NCBI GenBank assembly: GCA_964507055.1
Contig: CAZDOJ010000001.1
Location: 593,313-657,312 of the forward strand
Reading direction: 5' to 3'
DNA from: an uncultured Gammaproteobacteria bacterium
GTDB lineage: Bacteria; Patescibacteriota; Microgenomatia; Levybacterales; UBA12049
Length of the DNA stretch: 64,000 nucleotides
Below are positions 60,562 through 64,000 of the stretch, one piece after another. The position numbers and the translations under genes are program-made. Below the pieces are notes generated by a model. It did no database searches, was not told the origin of the DNA, and saw only the letters and a program-made list of their open reading frames with translations. Position 1 is the first letter of the stretch, and every line of letters starts with the position of its first letter.

Positions 60562-61437
60562 GTGAATATGATTAACAAATCGAACATAATAACGCATCGA
60601 GGACTAGAACCAACAAAAACAGATTTTTTTAGCGAAAGTAGTTATGAGTCTTTTAGAGATCAGTTGTCTCGTGGATTTGCAGGAATTGAATTCGATCCAA
60701 ATCCGACAAAAGATGGAATCATAGTTTTCCATGATACAAACCTTGCACGGATTACTTCTGGTAAAGATACAAGAAGTACTGCTGATTTGATGACTACTAC
60801 AGTGACAAGTATTCCATTACCTAACGGAAGAATTCCTACATTTGATGAAGTGATGGATCTGATCCGAAATAGTAACGCAACTAATAATGCTCTTCATTTA
60901 AAAGCACGATTTCAAAATCCAGAATTATTAGAAAAAATTATCAATGCATTAAGAAAGCATGAAGATACTTTAGAGAAACTCATTGTCTTTGATGTAAAAG
61001 AAGAAACTGCAATAAAATTAAAGGAAGCATTTCCACATCTCCGATTAGCACCATCAGTCGCCCATCCTTATGATATCGCACGTTACAACGACTCAGTCGG
61101 GGGAACACTTATGACTATAGAAGAGGCAATTGTATTAAAGCAAAAAAAGTTGATTGATTGGGTCTGGGGAGATGAATGGGATACTGTTGGAGAAAATGGA
61201 ACCTCGAAACAATTTTATACGAGAGAAAATTTCGATCTTCTTCATGACGTAAATCTCTTCATTGCCGTTGCTACTCCAGAACTACATAGCACCTCTCCTG
61301 GATTATATGGCGGGGAGTCACATGCTGATGCAAAAGATACAAAAACACTTTTTGCAAGGATACAACAAATAAAAGAAGCGGGGGCCGATTACCTATGCAC
61401 TGATTATCCTGAAGAAGTTACTCAGCTAAAGAACTAA
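60562..61437 (+). CDS. Glycerophosphodiester phosphodiesterase family protein (GDPD)
   Basis: ITHRGLEPT...GIEFDPNPTKDGIIVFHDTNLARIT is the GDPD catalytic HR...E.D...HD signature. Confidence 0.7.
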   Translation: MNMINKSNIITHRGLEPTKTDFFSESSYESFRDQLSRGFAGIEFDPNPTKDGIIVFHDTNLARITSGKDTRSTADLMTTTVTSIPLPNGRIPTFDEVMDLIRNSNATNNALHLKARFQNPELLEKIINALRKHEDTLEKLIVFDVKEETAIKLKEAFPHLRLAPSVAHPYDIARYNDSVGGTLMTIEEAIVLKQKKLIDWVWGDEWDTVGENGTSKQFYTRENFDLLHDVNLFIAVATPELHSTSPGLYGGESHADAKDTKTLFARIQQIKEAGADYLCTDYPEEVTQLKN

Positions 61438-62243
61438 TTAAAAGAGTAATTTTCAAGGAAGTTTTCCAAGTCTTTTGGAGTCCCCAATCCCCACACAGTG
61501 GGAGTTATCGCAGCTTTTATTTTCATGCCTTTTTCTATCATTCTTTGATATAGCGGGGCAACGAAGAATTCTTGTTTGTCTTTAGGTCCATACATATCGC
61601 CGGAACTGATCATTTCTTCTGCTTCTCTTATAAAGGTATTTCCGTGTGCAAAATAATAAGCTCCTATATTTGCATAGGCACCTTTTGAGGCAAGTTCAGG
61701 ATCTTTTTCACCGATAGCTACTGCAACTTTATTTTCATCATAAAGCATATAACTCCATTTTGGTTCATTATCAGGTGGCTGAAACACAGGAATGATGCCT
61801 TCAACATCTTCTTCTTTATTTTTTATAGCGTTATAAAGACTTGTTCCATCAAAATAATGATCCGAATCAGAAACAATCAAATCATCATCACTACTGATAT
61901 AATCCTTCGCAGCAAGGACTGTTTCGAGAGCTCCCCGAGTAACTTGAGGAATAAGAATTACTTTTATATCCTTACCAAAAACGCCTTGTAAAAGTTCTGT
62001 AATGGAATACTCTTCTTGTTGTTGGAGCAATGAAATAAAAATAAGATTTTTTGTGGGAACTTTGAAAGCTGTAGTCGCAGGTCTTTTGGGTAAATCAAGA
62101 AAAGGAAGCGACTCCATCGCCCATTCAATCATAGGTTTTCCATGTACGTTAATAAGCGGTTTCGGCTTGAGGTATTCTGGGTTTTTCTTAGCTTGTGCCT
62201 GAAATCGTGACCCAAGACCTGCCATGGGAACAATAATTTTCAT
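61434..62243 (-). CDS. Sugar-/alcohol-phosphate nucleotidyltransferase (GT-A-like NTP_transferase fold)
   Basis: N-terminal MKIIVPMAGLGSRF is the NTP-transferase G-loop. It has a paralog immediately downstream. Confidence 0.6.
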   Translation of the reverse strand: MKIIVPMAGLGSRFQAQAKKNPEYLKPKPLINVHGKPMIEWAMESLPFLDLPKRPATTAFKVPTKNLIFISLLQQQEEYSITELLQGVFGKDIKVILIPQVTRGALETVLAAKDYISSDDDLIVSDSDHYFDGTSLYNAIKNKEEDVEGIIPVFQPPDNEPKWSYMLYDENKVAVAIGEKDPELASKGAYANIGAYYFAHGNTFIREAEEMISSGDMYGPKDKQEFFVAPLYQRMIEKGMKIKAAITPTVWGLGTPKDLENFLENYSFN

Positions 62244-62247
62244 ACTA

Positions 62248-63006
62248 TTATTTCGTTCCCTTCACCATAAGGTACATCATGTATTTCATGAAATCTTCAG
62301 GCGTCGCCATGCTATGCATTTGAGACGGATCAATTTCCCAGCTTTTTATTTTTCCTCCAGTAAGTATTAATTCATTAAAGACAAGACTGACATAAAAATC
62401 ATTATTATAACGAATGTCTTTCTCTATCATATTTACCGCTGCATCGACAAAAGATTTCCCTGTACGAAAATAATAAACTCCAACTGTCGCTTTATCAGAA
62501 ATTACTTTTTTCTCAGCAACTTCGATAATAGAATCATCTGCACTAAGTCTAGCAAAACTCCATTTTGGATGGCTCGAACGAAAGGTCATAATGGCACCAT
62601 CCACTTTTTGCTCTCTTGCATACGCGATGAAATTATCAATCGCAACATCTACTACTTGATCAGAATTGGCGATAATAAGTTCATCATCATTATTTATATA
62701 ATCAACTGCAGTGAGTACACTACATGCTGCTCCTTGAGTCGGTTCAGTAAGTTGAATTTCCTTAAAGTTTTTTCCAACCGATCGCTCAAAAATCTCTTCC
62801 AAGGAATACTTACTGTAGTGGTCTTTTCTACAGATAAATACGAATCGATGTGCAGTAGTCGGACGCAAATTTTCAGCTACGATCTCTATCATTGATTTCC
62901 CATTAATATCGATAAGCGGTTTAGGAAATGCATACCCAGCCTGCTGAAATGGTGTTCCAGCTCCTGCAAGAGGAATAACAATATTAATGCTTCGTGTTTT
63001 CTTCAT
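62248..63006 (-). CDS. Sugar-/alcohol-phosphate nucleotidyltransferase, paralog
   Basis: INIVIPLAGAGTPF G-loop and a similar length. Tandem with 61434-62243. Confidence 0.6.
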   Translation of the reverse strand: MKKTRSINIVIPLAGAGTPFQQAGYAFPKPLIDINGKSMIEIVAENLRPTTAHRFVFICRKDHYSKYSLEEIFERSVGKNFKEIQLTEPTQGAACSVLTAVDYINNDDELIIANSDQVVDVAIDNFIAYAREQKVDGAIMTFRSSHPKWSFARLSADDSIIEVAEKKVISDKATVGVYYFRTGKSFVDAAVNMIEKDIRYNNDFYVSLVFNELILTGGKIKSWEIDPSQMHSMATPEDFMKYMMYLMVKGTK

Positions 63007-63608
63007 AAGAATTTGTTAAAAATAGTTAAGTTTACTTGCTCATAACCTGCTACTTCAATGACATTTGCACCTGAGCCTTTCGCAGCTTTTATACCATGCG
63101 GTGCATCTTCAACGATGACAACTTCTCCTGGTTTTACTCCTAATTTTTTAAATGCTGCAAGATATATATCTGAATTGGGCTTTGGCTTATATCCTTCATC
63201 ATTACCAATGATAAGGTCAAAAAAATGGTCTATTTGTGATTTTTTTAACATATTAAGCACAGAATATTTTTGTGCATTGGAGCACACAGCAAGCTTTAAT
63301 CCTTTATCTTTTAGATGTGTCAACATAATCTGCTTTTCATAGCTCGGCCTGCAAAATTGCTCCACAAATTGATCAGTGTATTTCCGTTTAAGGCGTTTTA
63401 CTATTTCATGAAGACCTGAAGGAAATCCTTTCCGTTCCGATAAAAGTTTTAGTTTCTCCATCGTTGGTAAGGCATTATATACGGTATAGTGATCTTGCTT
63501 ATTGATCTCATAACCAAAGAGCTGAAGTGCATCATTCAATGCTTCGAAATGCCATTCTGTTGCATCGACGAGAACACCATCAAGATCGAATATAACTGCT
63601 TTAATCGT
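63003..63608 (-). CDS. HAD-superfamily hydrolase (beta-phosphoglucomutase/phosphatase-like)
   Basis: AVIFDLDGVLVDAT is HAD motif I, with a C-terminal EDAPHGIKAAK motif. Start taken at MTIKAV. Confidence 0.8.
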   Translation of the reverse strand, partial: TIKAVIFDLDGVLVDATEWHFEALNDALQLFGYEINKQDHYTVYNALPTMEKLKLLSERKGFPSGLHEIVKRLKRKYTDQFVEQFCRPSYEKQIMLTHLKDKGLKLAVCSNAQKYSVLNMLKKSQIDHFFDLIIGNDEGYKPKPNSDIYLAAFKKLGVKPGEVVIVEDAPHGIKAAKGSGANVIEVAGYEQVNLTIFNKFL

Positions 63609-63666
63609 CATAGAGTCATGGATAATATACACTACTTACCCCTGCAATTTCAATGCAAATGAGAAG

Positions 63667-64000
63667 TTAAGCATTTTTTCGTAAAAGTTGCCAGACAAAA
63701 TAGAGATAAAAAGGAAGTGCGACAAGTGAGCCTATCAATGCAGCAATTGCGGCACCGACAATTCCATAATTTTGTACTAAAGGTACAAGCGTTGCGAGCA
63801 TACTAATAGTTGTAACAAAAGTTATCACCATTGCGTATTTTTGCTTTATTTCACTCAAAAAGAGTGCTGCAGCCATGTTAGAAAGTGCTTTTACAAACCC
63901 TACAACGGAAAGAATAGGTAATACTGAAACTATTGCCGACCATTTCTCTCCAAGAATGAAAACAAATATTTGGGGAACTACGGTAAAGATAATAACAAAA
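63667..64000 (-). CDS. Polytopic membrane protein, C-terminal part only (Wzx/MATE-like polysaccharide flippase candidate). The gene continues beyond the window end.
   Basis: Manual translation shows an open frame from 64000 down to the stop at 63667 (…FVIIFTVVPQIFVFILGEKWSAIVSVLPILSVVGFVKALSNMAAALFL…). It is uniformly hydrophobic, consistent with TM helices. Confidence 0.5.
   Translation of the reverse strand, partial: FVIIFTVVPQIFVFILGEKWSAIVSVLPILSVVGFVKALSNMAAALFLSEIKQKYAMVITFVTTISMLATLVPLVQNYGIVGAAIAALIGSLVALPFYLYFVWQLLRKNA

Overview
This 64 kb window is low-GC bacterial chromosome with mixed housekeeping and accessory content. Gene content is consistent with a small-genome, monoderm-type lineage, possibly CPR/Patescibacteria-like, though this cannot be confirmed from sequence alone. 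Supporting features: no secretin in the window, MurT/GatD lipid II amidation genes, tRNAs without an encoded CCA, and weak or absent Shine-Dalgarno sequences.

Layout, left to right:
- 1-12.7 kb: a type IV pilus/competence-pilus-like locus, all on the minus strand. It contains pilB, pilC, three short pseudopilins, a giant 825-aa pilin-like protein, a secreted C39-like cysteine peptidase, and two tandem, partly diversified major-pilin paralogs. Receiver-domain (REC) genes flank it on both sides.
- 12.7-14.4 kb: an unusual trio of a standalone REC, an Hpt-like protein and a divergently transcribed PEP-utilising (PpsA-N-terminal-like) phosphohistidine protein.
- 14.5-26 kb: housekeeping genes gpmA, rsmI, lexA divergent from an HD-hydrolase and uvrB, pyk, yraN, rplS and pyrG, together with two HD-domain hydrolases and a LysM protein flanked by tRNA-Gly and tRNA-Asp.
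- 26.7-33.2 kb: polX, lemA-htpX, and a murT-ham1-ham1-gatD operon.
- 33.2-41 kb: gatC, a histidine phosphatase, gatA and gatB, a GGDEF diguanylate cyclase with an intact I-site, and dnaE.
- 41-47.3 kb: a complete F1Fo ATP synthase operon (atpBEFHAGDC) with an unusually short delta subunit.
- 47.3-47.8 kb: an AT-rich 450-bp gap carrying a near-consensus sigma70 promoter and tRNA-Thr.
- 47.9-49 kb: an M23 peptidase whose catalytic motifs appear circularly permuted.
- 49.9-64 kb: a large surface-glycan or protein-glycosylation island. It holds four polytopic GT-C-like glycosyltransferases, an O-antigen-ligase-like protein, two methyltransferases, a GT2 enzyme, a glycerophosphodiester phosphodiesterase (GDPD), two sugar-phosphate nucleotidyltransferases, a HAD phosphatase, and a flippase-like gene running off the window.

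No rRNA genes, CRISPR arrays, transposases or integrases were seen.
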